From NCBI GenBank assembly GCA_041479245.1, contig JBGOXS010000005.1:1932-65931 (forward strand): a DNA stretch of 64,000 bases, read 5' to 3'. Shown here in pieces: positions 34,816 to 44,835 of the stretch. This stretch comes from Anaerolineae bacterium (lineage in GTDB: Bacteria > Chloroflexota > Anaerolineae > Anaerolineales > UBA4823). Under the pieces are notes generated by a model, which did not search any database, was not told where the DNA came from, and worked only from the letters and a program-made list of their open reading frames with translations. The translations under genes were made by a program, and so were the position numbers. How positions within the stretch are numbered: the first letter of the stretch is position 1; each line of letters starts with the position of its first letter.

Positions 34816-36468
34816 ATGGTTGCACAGAAAATTAGCAGACGCAATTTCTTGCAAGGTGCCGGAATGGGTGCGGCAGCACTATTTGGAACCACTTTTCATC
34901 CATTCTCACGTGGCCCATCGCTGTTTGATCGCCTTACTTCCAGATCGTTATCCGTACAAACTGATGATTTTATCCCTGATGCTGAAGTTTCCATCACAGC
35001 GGATGAAAAAACTGTGCAGATATTATCTGGCACACCCACCCTCGTTTGGAGCTATGAAGGCCAGCTGCTGAGTGGCTCAGGAGTGACTGTACAGAACCTG
35101 CCGGGTATCTACCTGGGTCCGATACTTCGCGTGCAGAGAGGCACGAAGGTGCGTATTTATTTCCACAATAATCTCGCCGAGGACAGCGTGATACACCCGC
35201 ACGGACTGCACGTCCCAGAGGATTGCGACGGTCAGCCCATGCAGGCGATTGGACCGGGCGAGACAAAAATCTACAATTTCCAGGTGATTGACCGGGCTGG
35301 ACCCTATTGGTTCCATCCGCACCCAATGGGTCGGACCGCTGAACAAGTGATGTTTGGCATGGCGGGCTTATTCTACGTCACCGACGCTGATGAGCAGGCA
35401 GCCGTACCTGGAGCTGCTCAGGGACAGTTCGATCTGCCGGTCATTATCCAGGACCGCACATTTGACAGCAACAACCAGTTCGTTTATAACCCAAATCAGC
35501 TATGGGGCTTCTTGGGAGAAAAGATCCTGGTGAATGGCACTTTGAACGCAGCATTTTCCCTGGAGCCACACGCATACCGGCTGCGGCTGCTCAACGGCTC
35601 GAACGCCCGTACTTATAAACTCGCCTGGAGCAATAACATGCCGATGAAGGTCATCGGAACCGATGGAGGTCTGTTACCCGCGGTGCAGACGCGTCCATAT
35701 GTTATGTTGATGCCTGGGGAGCGGGTTGACTTGTGGGCTAACTTTTCCTCGCTGGCGCGCCAACAGGTCATCTTGAAGAGCCTTGCATTTACTCCTGGTG
35801 GCATGGGCGGAGGCTGCAGGCGTTGTGGGATGGGTAGCGTCGGAGGCTCAGACACGCAAAGCTCGGCTGGCGGTAATGGGATTGATGGGATGGGAGGTGG
35901 CGGTGGCGGCGGAGGTGGAGGAATGGGACCGGCCAACGGCACAGCCTTCAACGTACTGACCATCAACGTGAGCCGCAAAACCTCTGATCACCCCGCGCTA
36001 GGACCGCTCCAATCCCTTGAAATTGTATATGGCCCGGGAAATGTACCCAACTATTATTCACCACGACCGTTTACCCTCGAAATGTCGATGATGGTGTGGA
36101 CGATCAACCATCGGGTTTATGATCCGACTGAGATCGCCGATGACGAAATGGTTCACCTGGATGATATTGAAGCCTGGGAATGGATCAACAATTCCACCAT
36201 CCCTCACCCTATGCATATCCATAATGTGCAATTCCAGGTCGTTAAACGCACACCTCCTGCTGATTCCACGACATATAATACTGCCAATCAGGGTTTTCTC
36301 GACACTGGCTGGAAGGATACCGTGCTCGTCTGGCCGGGTGAAAAAGTGAGAGTGGCGATGAAATTTTCACCTTATACGGGTATGTATATGTACCACTGTC
36401 ACATCCTGGAGCACGAAGATATGACCATGATGCGAAACTATATGATCATGGACTCAATGAGGCCTTAG
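34816..36468 (+). CDS. Tat-exported multicopper oxidase (laccase/CueO-like)
   Basis: Twin-arginine signal SRRNFLQGAG. Copper ligand motifs HPHGLH, WFHPHP, HPMHIHN, HCHILEHEDMTMM. Confidence 0.9.
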   Translation: MVAQKISRRNFLQGAGMGAAALFGTTFHPFSRGPSLFDRLTSRSLSVQTDDFIPDAEVSITADEKTVQILSGTPTLVWSYEGQLLSGSGVTVQNLPGIYLGPILRVQRGTKVRIYFHNNLAEDSVIHPHGLHVPEDCDGQPMQAIGPGETKIYNFQVIDRAGPYWFHPHPMGRTAEQVMFGMAGLFYVTDADEQAAVPGAAQGQFDLPVIIQDRTFDSNNQFVYNPNQLWGFLGEKILVNGTLNAAFSLEPHAYRLRLLNGSNARTYKLAWSNNMPMKVIGTDGGLLPAVQTRPYVMLMPGERVDLWANFSSLARQQVILKSLAFTPGGMGGGCRRCGMGSVGGSDTQSSAGGNGIDGMGGGGGGGGGGMGPANGTAFNVLTINVSRKTSDHPALGPLQSLEIVYGPGNVPNYYSPRPFTLEMSMMVWTINHRVYDPTEIADDEMVHLDDIEAWEWINNSTIPHPMHIHNVQFQVVKRTPPADSTTYNTANQGFLDTGWKDTVLVWPGEKVRVAMKFSPYTGMYMYHCHILEHEDMTMMRNYMIMDSMRP

Positions 36469-36525
36469 TAGAGTTTAGGCCTGATCAATGACCTTGATAT
36501 GCCGAGAAGAATTAATGTTCTCAGT

Positions 36526-36556
36526 AGTGGCCGACACTCGCCGGCCACTCTGTTTT
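36526..36556 (+). terminator. Rho-independent terminator after the oxidase gene
   Basis: agtggccg / cggccact stem followed by cTGTTTT. Confidence 0.55.
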
Positions 36557-36636
36557 CAGCTCTCATTTAGAAAGCAATTTCACATTACAGACGGCTCACG
36601 AGCATGTTCTTGAATGCAATTACACCTAGAGCTGGA

Positions 36637-37710
36637 TTACCCGGCATCGATTGCAAATAGCTTCACTGCCAGCTCGTCCAGGGTTTGTACATCCGCGTGA
36701 GATGCAGAGACCCAAGCTGGCAAAGGGAATTGGTGCAGCAGCGCCATGCATAAGGCTTTGTGGGTGAAGCTCTGTCGATAAAAATCAGGCAACTCATAGC
36801 GTTCAAGACAGATACTCAATAACCGTCTGTCCGCAGTAAACAAATCCAGGTGCAGCGCAACCAGATCATAAAGGACATTGCCGATACGTGTATCGCCCCA
36901 GTCAATGATGGCGAGGGTTTCCCACTCGGCGCCTGTGGAATGCAATGGTAGTTCATCAGTGGGGTGTACATGTCGGCTTGCTCCCATCCGACCTAACAAA
37001 TGGTCCCCGGTCAGGTCGGCATGGATCAGATGGGTCGGCGTCGAAAGGTCGAGAAGTTCATTTGTAGGCAGAAGGAAATACTGCACTTGCGATATTAGCT
37101 GCGGGGGCAAGTCGGCCCACTGCAAGTGATTCGACTGGCAACTCTCCTGCTGGCGGTTGAGGAAATTTGTAAAATCAGACCAACCTGTGGTTCCGGCAGG
37201 ATTTACAAATCGGGGCAGGTTCATTGCAGATGCCCCATGCAGCGACTTTATAAACTCACCGACTTGCACCGCAATCCCATCCCAATCGTGTGCTGAGAGC
37301 GCTGGATTGGCTTGGCGGATGCTCACCCCCTGGACTCCTTCGAAGATCAGGTACGACCATGTTGGGTTAAGCTGACCCTGTGCTAGCACATCTGGGGAGC
37401 AGATCGGTAAGGATTGCTGGGAGAGCCATTTTCCCATCTCTCTTTCAATATGGAACGATCGGGGGCCATCAAAGAGCGGTCCGAAGAATTTCACTACAAC
37501 CATCCGAGAAGGTTCCTGGTCTAGACGGGCTTGCAGTTCAACCAGGAAGGTCGGGAATGTACCCGGGACGCCAGGGATCACCCGATTGCATCCAAGCCTC
37601 TGTTGGCGACAAACCTGGTGCACGATGGGTTCCCACACGAGCGGGTCCATAAAGTGCTTCGAATAGAATACCCGGTCGGAATCCATACCTGATGGAAATT
37701 GGTTTCCCAT
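36637..37710 (-). CDS. Aminoglycoside phosphotransferase (APH)/kinase-like family protein
   Basis: Catalytic loop LIHADLTGDHLL and metal-binding IDWGD. Confidence 0.7.
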   Translation of the reverse strand: MGNQFPSGMDSDRVFYSKHFMDPLVWEPIVHQVCRQQRLGCNRVIPGVPGTFPTFLVELQARLDQEPSRMVVVKFFGPLFDGPRSFHIEREMGKWLSQQSLPICSPDVLAQGQLNPTWSYLIFEGVQGVSIRQANPALSAHDWDGIAVQVGEFIKSLHGASAMNLPRFVNPAGTTGWSDFTNFLNRQQESCQSNHLQWADLPPQLISQVQYFLLPTNELLDLSTPTHLIHADLTGDHLLGRMGASRHVHPTDELPLHSTGAEWETLAIIDWGDTRIGNVLYDLVALHLDLFTADRRLLSICLERYELPDFYRQSFTHKALCMALLHQFPLPAWVSASHADVQTLDELAVKLFAIDAG

Positions 37711-37740
37711 TTGGCTCAGACTCTACCTTAAGAAATAAGG

Positions 37741-38247
37741 CTATTTGGAAAGATGGCTTGCCATCAGCTGCAGGAAAGTGTCTTCTTCCCCTGTAGAGGT
37801 GAATGACCGGCGAGGAAGAAAGCGAGGCGCGTATCTGCTTTTCTTGATGTACAGAAGGTAATAGTCTTTGGTAGGCAACAACCTAGAGAGGGTATCCCAT
37901 TCTAATTGATTCGAGCCAAAGCTGTTAGAAATCTGCACTCCAGCATCGCCCACTTCCCAGGTATATTCTGCTGAGAGCTGTTCATTTTTCATATACTGTT
38001 TTGCCATACGAGTGGGCTGAAAGAAAATGATGTAAATGATGAACAGCGGGGGTAACAACAGCCAGATCAATGTAATAAGAGTGATTGGCGTGGCTTGGGA
38101 AATAATATTGAATAAGATGAAAACGAACCCGAGCACAAGAAAGCCAATTAAGATTTGATTAACGGTGCTACGGAGCATGATCAAGCGCAGCACCTGGACA
38201 TAATCCTGCTGATTGGGGGTATATTTTAGGGTGACAGATTGAGCCAT
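37741..38247 (-). CDS. YcxB-like membrane protein
   Basis: Two central TM helices followed by a PH-like C-terminal region. 168 aa. Confidence 0.45.
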   Translation of the reverse strand: MAQSVTLKYTPNQQDYVQVLRLIMLRSTVNQILIGFLVLGFVFILFNIISQATPITLITLIWLLLPPLFIIYIIFFQPTRMAKQYMKNEQLSAEYTWEVGDAGVQISNSFGSNQLEWDTLSRLLPTKDYYLLYIKKSRYAPRFLPRRSFTSTGEEDTFLQLMASHLSK

Positions 38248-38383
38248 GACATCTCTCCAAACAAGAATGGTTTTATTATAACCGACGGACCTTCACAAAT
38301 GCGACAGTCGTCGGTTTTGATACAGTTGAGGTATAAGAATTGCACCTAGATTATAATAAACCAGTAAGCTCGAGGAGCAATGT

Positions 38384-39772
38384 ATGCCTGATTTACTTTT
38401 ACAAGCTATGGATGCCAGGATGAGTGGGGACCTCACCCAGGCGAAACAACTATTAGCCCAGGCGCTGATCCAGGACCCACACAATGAAGGTGCCTGGATG
38501 CTGATGTCGGAGGTCGTTGATGATGTCAAGTTGAAACGAACCTGCTTGCAACGGGTATTGTTGATCAACCCTGAAAATTCGGCTGCCAATATCGCCTTGA
38601 TGAAGCTGGATACCTCCCCACTCGGGCCAGTCGTACGCGGTGAAAGGTATAAGCCGGTCATCCCGCCCAAACTAGAAAAAGCCCCGCCATTTACCCCACC
38701 ATTCACCTGGACAGGTGACGAAGCACAATTCCAGGCTTTAGGGGATATGACTTATCCCGATCTGACTGGTGAAGAGGTGAACCAGATGCCGGAAACACCC
38801 ACCTCTTTCGATTGGGCGAATGAATCAGCCGAACCGGATAAAACCATTGATAAGATCTTCAATGCAATCAGCAACCCTGAGCAAGCCGCTGAGCCTTTAC
38901 CAGATACAGACATGAGCATGCTGGACGACCCCCTAAAAGCTGGAGCTGTTGCCGGCGCTGCAGCTGCGGGCTCAGATACTGAAGCTCTGGCGCTTGTTGC
39001 CCAGGGAGGTCAATCACCTGCCTCGCATGCTGGGATAGAACCAACTAAATCGTCTGAAAGTACTGTCAATGACGATGAACAGGTCAGATCGGGAGCTGTT
39101 GCAACCGGGAATGAATCCCATGGCGAATCCACCGAGCTAGATTTTTTATTATGGGATAACCCCAAGGCGAAAACAGACCGTATGGTTATTCTGGGCAGTA
39201 AATCCATTATCTATGCCAACCCCGCCGCCAGTGACGTACCCCATATCATGGGATTATTCAACGAGAATAAAATGCTGCGCGACCTGCTGGGAGATGATGC
39301 GGGGACGATAAAGCTCGACACTATCCAGCGCATCACGGCAAACCCAAAACGCACCAACCTGGACATCGATTACGAACCGAATGAGAAGATAGCTACCCAC
39401 CAGCTTACATTCAGTGACATACCCGCTCGCGATGAAGCCCTGGATATGCTGCAAGCGCGGTTGGGAGAGAACATTTCCCGTACGACCCGCAAGTTCGGTC
39501 TGGCGAATAAAATCCTCATGCCGCTGCTCATTATTGTGTTGGTGGCAGTCATCGGATGGGTGCTCATTGACGGACTATCCTACCTCGAAGGCGCTGCCGG
39601 TTTCCAATCAGGCATCCTCCAGCTTATCCTGGTCAACATTAAATATTATGTCGACTTGATCAGACCATTCTTCATCCTGATGATTACCATAGTCCTGGTA
39701 GCCCTGTGCCTGGTGTGGCTGGTGATCAACCTGTCCAAGCCATCCAGCCTGATAATCGTGGAACGGAAGTAA
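38384..39772 (+). CDS. TPR-like N-terminus, long acidic disordered linker, C-terminal membrane-anchored domain; function unknown
   Basis: Helical repeat at the N-terminus (AKQLLAQALIQDPHNEGAWMLM), a low-complexity centre, and two C-terminal TM helices. Confidence 0.5.
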   Translation: MPDLLLQAMDARMSGDLTQAKQLLAQALIQDPHNEGAWMLMSEVVDDVKLKRTCLQRVLLINPENSAANIALMKLDTSPLGPVVRGERYKPVIPPKLEKAPPFTPPFTWTGDEAQFQALGDMTYPDLTGEEVNQMPETPTSFDWANESAEPDKTIDKIFNAISNPEQAAEPLPDTDMSMLDDPLKAGAVAGAAAAGSDTEALALVAQGGQSPASHAGIEPTKSSESTVNDDEQVRSGAVATGNESHGESTELDFLLWDNPKAKTDRMVILGSKSIIYANPAASDVPHIMGLFNENKMLRDLLGDDAGTIKLDTIQRITANPKRTNLDIDYEPNEKIATHQLTFSDIPARDEALDMLQARLGENISRTTRKFGLANKILMPLLIIVLVAVIGWVLIDGLSYLEGAAGFQSGILQLILVNIKYYVDLIRPFFILMITIVLVALCLVWLVINLSKPSSLIIVERK

Positions 39773-39858
39773 AAGTACTACTGGAATTACTATAGAGCTA
39801 AGTAGAATAATCAATAGCAATGGATAAAAAGCCAGCCAAGGTCGCGGACCCAGCTTGG

Positions 39859-40593
39859 TCAGCGGTTATCACGTTCCCAACGATCTATGGCGTTTTGAAT
39901 CAACTCGAGACGACTGGCTTGGGGTGTTTGTTTGCGCTCGAATTCGATCAACCGGTCGGCAGCTGATCCGTTGAAACGCACTTTACGCAGCAGGTCTTGA
40001 TATAGTAAGTCTTCCCAACCGTGCACCCTCCATTTTTCCTGCCAATCACTTTCGGGTGAGAAGTTTATGGAAAGCCAGCCGCCTAACACACCGGCCAGGA
40101 TGGTTAGAAATCCCAACAAAACGCCCCAAGGACTGAATAGCAGGCTCAGTGTAATCTTCACCCAATGGGTAGCCAGCAGCACCAGTACGGGCACGGTGAG
40201 CGCACCCACCACACCCCCAATCAGGATGGAACGTTTCCTGTACAACCCTGTACCCACGAATGCACCCACTACCGCTCCGAAGGGTCCAGCCCCAAACAGG
40301 ATCATTTTTCCCCAGCTTCCAAGCGCGTAGGGGCTGACGAAGGCGTCCATAACGAAGTGTACAATCAGCGTAATCCCCGCAGCAATAATCCAACCGATCA
40401 ACAGCGTGCCCATGAAGGAAATCCAGGCAGGTGTAGAGGTAACAGCTTCAACCTGGACACTTTCGTCATCCTCAGGATACATACTATGACCGCACTGGGG
40501 GCAGCGGGTCATCTCGGGGTAGATTGTTGCACCACAGTTGGGACACTCGTAGGTGTTGTCGTCCATAGACATATCATAGCCTGATTTTTGCAC
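39859..40593 (-). CDS. Zinc-ribbon membrane protein
   Basis: N-terminal CPNCG...CPQCG zinc ribbon, then 4-5 TM helices and a soluble helical C-terminus. Confidence 0.55.
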   Translation of the reverse strand: MQKSGYDMSMDDNTYECPNCGATIYPEMTRCPQCGHSMYPEDDESVQVEAVTSTPAWISFMGTLLIGWIIAAGITLIVHFVMDAFVSPYALGSWGKMILFGAGPFGAVVGAFVGTGLYRKRSILIGGVVGALTVPVLVLLATHWVKITLSLLFSPWGVLLGFLTILAGVLGGWLSINFSPESDWQEKWRVHGWEDLLYQDLLRKVRFNGSAADRLIEFERKQTPQASRLELIQNAIDRWERDNR

Positions 40594-40980
40594 GAAGGGA
40601 AGCTATAAATAGCCGGGTTAAAACACTAATCCGTTTACCTGAGGATTTACATATTTTATCTGTAACGATAGGGTCACCTTCACCGCAAACTCGACCAGCT
40701 GCCAGCCGATAAACATCACCTGGGTTTTTGGGGATAGCACATCCATCGAGGAACCTGTGGCGACAAAAACGTTTGAAATTCCCGATAAAAGTATTGTTGA
40801 GCTGGCAGTTGAACATGTCTATGGCTTGGAAACAGGATGGCCCGGTGTGCCTGTGGATGCCATCCTGCACAGCGTACCTTTTTATCGATGATAGGTCGAT
40901 AACTTCGATACCCTAGAGGTTTGATGTAATTTACTAACCTAAACTGCGCAAATTTCTGCTCTCCAAGGCGAATGACATTG

Positions 40981-41016
40981 GAACAAAACCTCCCGAGACA
41001 TTAATCTCGGGAGGTT
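40981..41016 (-). terminator. Rho-independent terminator after the repeat lipoprotein gene
   Basis: Perfect 12-bp stem aacctcccgaga/tctcgggaggtt, followed on the minus strand by TTTTGTT. Confidence 0.75.
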
Positions 41017-41074
41017 AAGGAGAAAAAAACGAGGTTTGAGGTATAGTAAATGTCGGCTGATACTTAAAAACGAT

Positions 41075-42358
41075 CTATTTGCCCATCATCTGTCCATCCG
41101 GAGAGACCACGTACCAGATGCTGGATACGCCCTGTCCGGTCACATCCCCGGGCTTGGTGTCTTTGGCGAAGTAGTATAACGGCATATGGTTGTAGGTGAC
41201 GATTAAGGTTCCATCCGCCAGCTTTGCAGATCCGATCTTCGAATCGTCAATGCCTGTACCGAACTTTGGGCTGCCCTGAGTCAACAACGGCGGCCAATAC
41301 GTCAGGCAAGCCCCAGTGCAATTGCTCTGATCAGGTCCATCCTTGGTGTAGGCATAGAGCGTCATACCTTTGCCATCCACCAAGATTTGACCCAGCTTAG
41401 CATCTGCAGCGACCATGATCGTTGGTTCAGATATTGAGGCTGCTGCCGTAGGCGTCGGCGAGGATGTGCTAGGTGGCTGGACGAGCTTTCCTTCTGGTGA
41501 TACCACATACCACAACCCACCAACACCCTGCCCATTGGTATCACCGGGCTTGGTATCTTTGGCAAAATGGTATAACGGAAGGTCGTTGTAGGTAACCATC
41601 CGGGTGCCATCCGCCAACGCCGCCGAACCGATTAATGCATCATTGACACCTGCTCCTAACTTCGGGGTTCCCGTGGTGAGCAAAGGCGGCCAGTTCGTCA
41701 GACAGCTCCCCGTGCAATTGCTCTGGTCAGGTCCATCCTTGATGAAAGCATAAAGGGTCATTCCATTCTCATCCACCAGGATCTGCCCCAGTTTGGCGTC
41801 CGTGGCTACCATGATAGTGGGAAGCGTGGTGGCAGGTGCAGTCGTAGGCGTGGCACTGATTGATCCTGAAGGTTTGACCGGCTTGCCATCTTGAGAGACC
41901 ACGAACCAGACGCTGCCGACATTTTCACCAGATACCTGGCCAGGTTGGGAATCCTTGACAAAAGTATAAAGGGGCATATGGTCGTAGGTGATGATCTTTT
42001 CGCCATTGGGAAGTGCAGCTGTACCTATTAGTGAAGCATTTACACCTGAACCTAACTTAGGTGTACCAGAAGAGACCAGCGGTGGCCAATTCGCCTGGCA
42101 GGCAGCGTCACAATTCACTGTGTCGGGACCATCTTTGGTGAAGACATACAGAGTCTTCCCACTTCCATCCACCAGGATTTTTCCTAGGGTTGAGCTTGTG
42201 GCGACATCCAAGGTATCCGAGGCGCTATTGGATACTGCTTGCGTCGGTGCGGCGATTGTAGCCGGGGCACACGCCGCCAGCACGAGCGCCATGAGGGCCA
42301 AGAGGCTGATCAGTCGCACCGGCTTTACGATTAATTTGTAATTCCATTGAGTGTCCAT
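41075..42358 (-). CDS. Secreted lipoprotein with three tandem COG4315-type (Yx(FWY)xxD motif) repeat modules
   Basis: Signal/lipobox LVLAAC. Three units of about 125 aa each contain GxTLYxFxKDGPD..NC...C..NWPPL and PLYxFxKD. Confidence 0.7.
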   Translation of the reverse strand: MDTQWNYKLIVKPVRLISLLALMALVLAACAPATIAAPTQAVSNSASDTLDVATSSTLGKILVDGSGKTLYVFTKDGPDTVNCDAACQANWPPLVSSGTPKLGSGVNASLIGTAALPNGEKIITYDHMPLYTFVKDSQPGQVSGENVGSVWFVVSQDGKPVKPSGSISATPTTAPATTLPTIMVATDAKLGQILVDENGMTLYAFIKDGPDQSNCTGSCLTNWPPLLTTGTPKLGAGVNDALIGSAALADGTRMVTYNDLPLYHFAKDTKPGDTNGQGVGGLWYVVSPEGKLVQPPSTSSPTPTAAASISEPTIMVAADAKLGQILVDGKGMTLYAYTKDGPDQSNCTGACLTYWPPLLTQGSPKFGTGIDDSKIGSAKLADGTLIVTYNHMPLYYFAKDTKPGDVTGQGVSSIWYVVSPDGQMMGK

Positions 42359-42435
42359 CTAAAGTTCCTCCTAATATGAACATTTACAAAATCATACGTA
42401 TTAGGATGAAAATTAGATGTATTTAGTTGTGAGGA

Positions 42436-43164
42436 TCAATGGGGTATTGTGCCACCCAATACTTTGGAACCGGTTGGACCAGGGCTTCCTCCGAAAGGTT
42501 CAATTGTAATCCCTACCGAATCGTACTGCGACAGCGGATTTGATGCTTTGATCTCCAATGAGGCATAGCCTTCCGGGTTGACAGAGAACAGACCCCCACT
42601 CACTCGCTGCCCATCCTTAAGCAGCCAGACCTGGTATTGGTGACCGGAATCAAGTGCGGCCAACATATCCACCACAACGGTGCCATAATCTCCCGTCTGA
42701 TTCATGATCAAGGTCCCCTCCGCTTTGGGCGAGAATTGCGTATTTGCCAGGGCAATCACCTGCATTGGTGTGCCTGGCTGATGGTTTGTGAGACTGAGCT
42801 GGCGCCAAAGCAGGAGGTTCACGACCGCTAGAAGTACGATAAGAGCAGCCCCGACCATCGGTGCCAGCGTTCGGACCGGACCTACCAACCTTTGCCATAA
42901 TGATGGTTGGTTGGTGGGAACAATTTTCGGCTCTGGTGAGTGCACTGCCTGCATCAATTTCAGCTTCACCCTGGAGGGAGGCGTGGTTTGTAGCAGGGCA
43001 AGGGGAAGATCATCAGCGACCTGCTGCAGGCGCGTCAACTCCACCTGACAGGTATCGCATATCGCCAGATGTTCAACTACCTGATTTGTTTCCTCATCCG
43101 TCAAAATGCCCAGCACAAAGGCCGGAAGCTCATCGAGGACGTGATTTTCTTCCACCGATGTCAT
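42436..43164 (-). CDS. Anti-sigma factor (zf-HC2 N-terminus, TM, RskA-like C-terminal domain)
   Basis: HLAICDTCQ zinc-finger motif, a single TM helix, and C-terminal YQVWLLKDGQRVSGGLF. Confidence 0.75.
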   Translation of the reverse strand: MTSVEENHVLDELPAFVLGILTDEETNQVVEHLAICDTCQVELTRLQQVADDLPLALLQTTPPSRVKLKLMQAVHSPEPKIVPTNQPSLWQRLVGPVRTLAPMVGAALIVLLAVVNLLLWRQLSLTNHQPGTPMQVIALANTQFSPKAEGTLIMNQTGDYGTVVVDMLAALDSGHQYQVWLLKDGQRVSGGLFSVNPEGYASLEIKASNPLSQYDSVGITIEPFGGSPGPTGSKVLGGTIPH

Positions 43165-43213
43165 TGTCTAATGCTCCTGCCAAACAATACGTAAGATAAC
43201 CTTGGGCAGATTT

Positions 43214-43786
43214 CTATCCCTGATTCTCTTCCTGCAGCAGAATTCGCAGTTTTTGCATCCCAAGGCGGATGCGAGTTTTTACCGTCCCGAGAGGTTCGTT
43301 CAGGGCAGAGGCGATTTCCGGATGAGACATACCCTGGAAGAAAGCCATACCAAGAGCCTGTTTCTGATCGGCCGGGAGCTGCGCCACTGCCCAGCGGATG
43401 CGCTGTGAGCGCTCAGCCAAGTCCACCTCCCACTCAACGTTCTGCCCATCCGGCAGGTCAATCATCTCGGCTTCCTGCCAGGTGACCAGCTGATCTTCAT
43501 GGTGCGACCGATACTGTCGGTACAAGTCGATCGAACGGTGACGAGCGATGCTGGCAAGCCAGGTAACCACCCGCCCCTGCCCGGCGCTGTAAGTGAGAGC
43601 TTTCTCCCACACGCGCTCGAACACATCCTGAGTCACTTCCTCTGCACGCAGTGGGTCCGAAAGGGTGTTATAGGCCACACTGTATACCAGCCGGCTGTAG
43701 CGATCGTAGAGCTCGCTCAGGGCATTTTCTTGTGAGCGAGCGATCAGAATGAGGAGGGTTTCGTCGCTAAGGCGAGTGTAATCCAT
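43214..43786 (-). CDS. ECF-type RNA polymerase sigma factor
   Basis: Region 2 (LYDRYSRLVYSVAY, DVFERVW) and region 4 HTH (MSHPEIASALNEPLGTVKTRI). Confidence 0.85.
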   Translation of the reverse strand: MDYTRLSDETLLILIARSQENALSELYDRYSRLVYSVAYNTLSDPLRAEEVTQDVFERVWEKALTYSAGQGRVVTWLASIARHRSIDLYRQYRSHHEDQLVTWQEAEMIDLPDGQNVEWEVDLAERSQRIRWAVAQLPADQKQALGMAFFQGMSHPEIASALNEPLGTVKTRIRLGMQKLRILLQEENQG

Positions 43787-43936
43787 GGCTCGATACAGTT
43801 GGTATTAGACCTGTGGGGTTATCTGCACCCCCACAGCTAAGTTTAGTTTGGGCAGGGGGAAAAGTCAAGAGGGGAGAGGCAAGGGCAAGCTTGATCTGCT
43901 ACAAAAAGAAGCAATCGAAGGGCTATAATAAACCTC

Positions 43937-44710
43937 ATGCCTGCTCTTATCACACTCGATGCCCACGCACATATCGACCCACGCCGCAGCTCCACAGAGC
44001 TGGCAGAGGCGGGCGCGGTGCTTGCCATGAGCCTCTCACTCGATGAGGCAGATCAAACGCTTCGCCGTATGGAAGCGGAGATCGCCTGGGGAGTGGGCTG
44101 CCACCCACGCAAACTGGCTGCCCAGCAAGCTTTCGACCAGGAAAAGTTCACCACACTCGCCGAGCGGAGTGCCATCATTGGTGAGGTTGGTTTAGACGCC
44201 GCTTACAAGGTACCACTCGAGCTACAGCTGAGCACCTTTCGTTTTGTGTTGGGTTTTGCCGCACAAAACCCGCGCATCGTCAGTATCCACAGTTTCCGCA
44301 CAACTGGGCTGGTGCTCGAAGAGCTGCGCCGGACGCCGATCATTGCACCTATCCTGCACTTGTGGACCGGCAATGCAGCCGAAACTCGCCAGGCAGTTGA
44401 GATGGGAAGCTATTTCTCAGTCCATTCGGCTGTAGCCAGGCGGAGCATATTCCGCACCCAGGTGCCGCCTGAACGTCTGCTGGTGGAGAGCGACCATGGC
44501 TGGGCAGATCCACCAGGGGCGATACCCCACCGAGTGGCTTGGGTGGAGTACCTGCTGGCTGCATCGCTAGGTATGGAAGTAATGGAAGTGAGGCAGCTCG
44601 TCTGGCGAAACTTTGGCGAACTCGTCCGACTGACGGGTACACTAGATTTACTACCGAGAGGATTCGGTGAATTACTGGGTCGTGGAAATATAAATACCCC
44701 AAAAGACTAA
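43937..44710 (+). CDS. TatD-family metal-dependent hydrolase
   Basis: LDAHAHID at the N-terminus, plus GEVGLD, VSIHS and ESDHGW motifs. Confidence 0.6.
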   Translation: MPALITLDAHAHIDPRRSSTELAEAGAVLAMSLSLDEADQTLRRMEAEIAWGVGCHPRKLAAQQAFDQEKFTTLAERSAIIGEVGLDAAYKVPLELQLSTFRFVLGFAAQNPRIVSIHSFRTTGLVLEELRRTPIIAPILHLWTGNAAETRQAVEMGSYFSVHSAVARRSIFRTQVPPERLLVESDHGWADPPGAIPHRVAWVEYLLAASLGMEVMEVRQLVWRNFGELVRLTGTLDLLPRGFGELLGRGNINTPKD

Positions 44711-44835
44711 AAGGTGCTTGAAGGAAATGCCCTCCGATACAAAAGATAAATAGTTAAATCAATTTCATTAAACAGGTTCACGAGAGTAATTCTAGAGGGA
44801 AATAATTGCGTGAAAAGATCGAGTACACACTAGAC

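Noticed and set aside
35613-35978. Minus-strand ORF with a poly-proline run (PPPPPPPPPPP).
   Set aside because: It is simply the reverse complement of the GGN glycine tract inside the multicopper oxidase gene.
38293-38706. 137-aa minus-strand ORF overlapping the start of the 38384..39772 gene.
   Set aside because: It is antisense to a better-supported gene, low complexity, and has no start-site signals.
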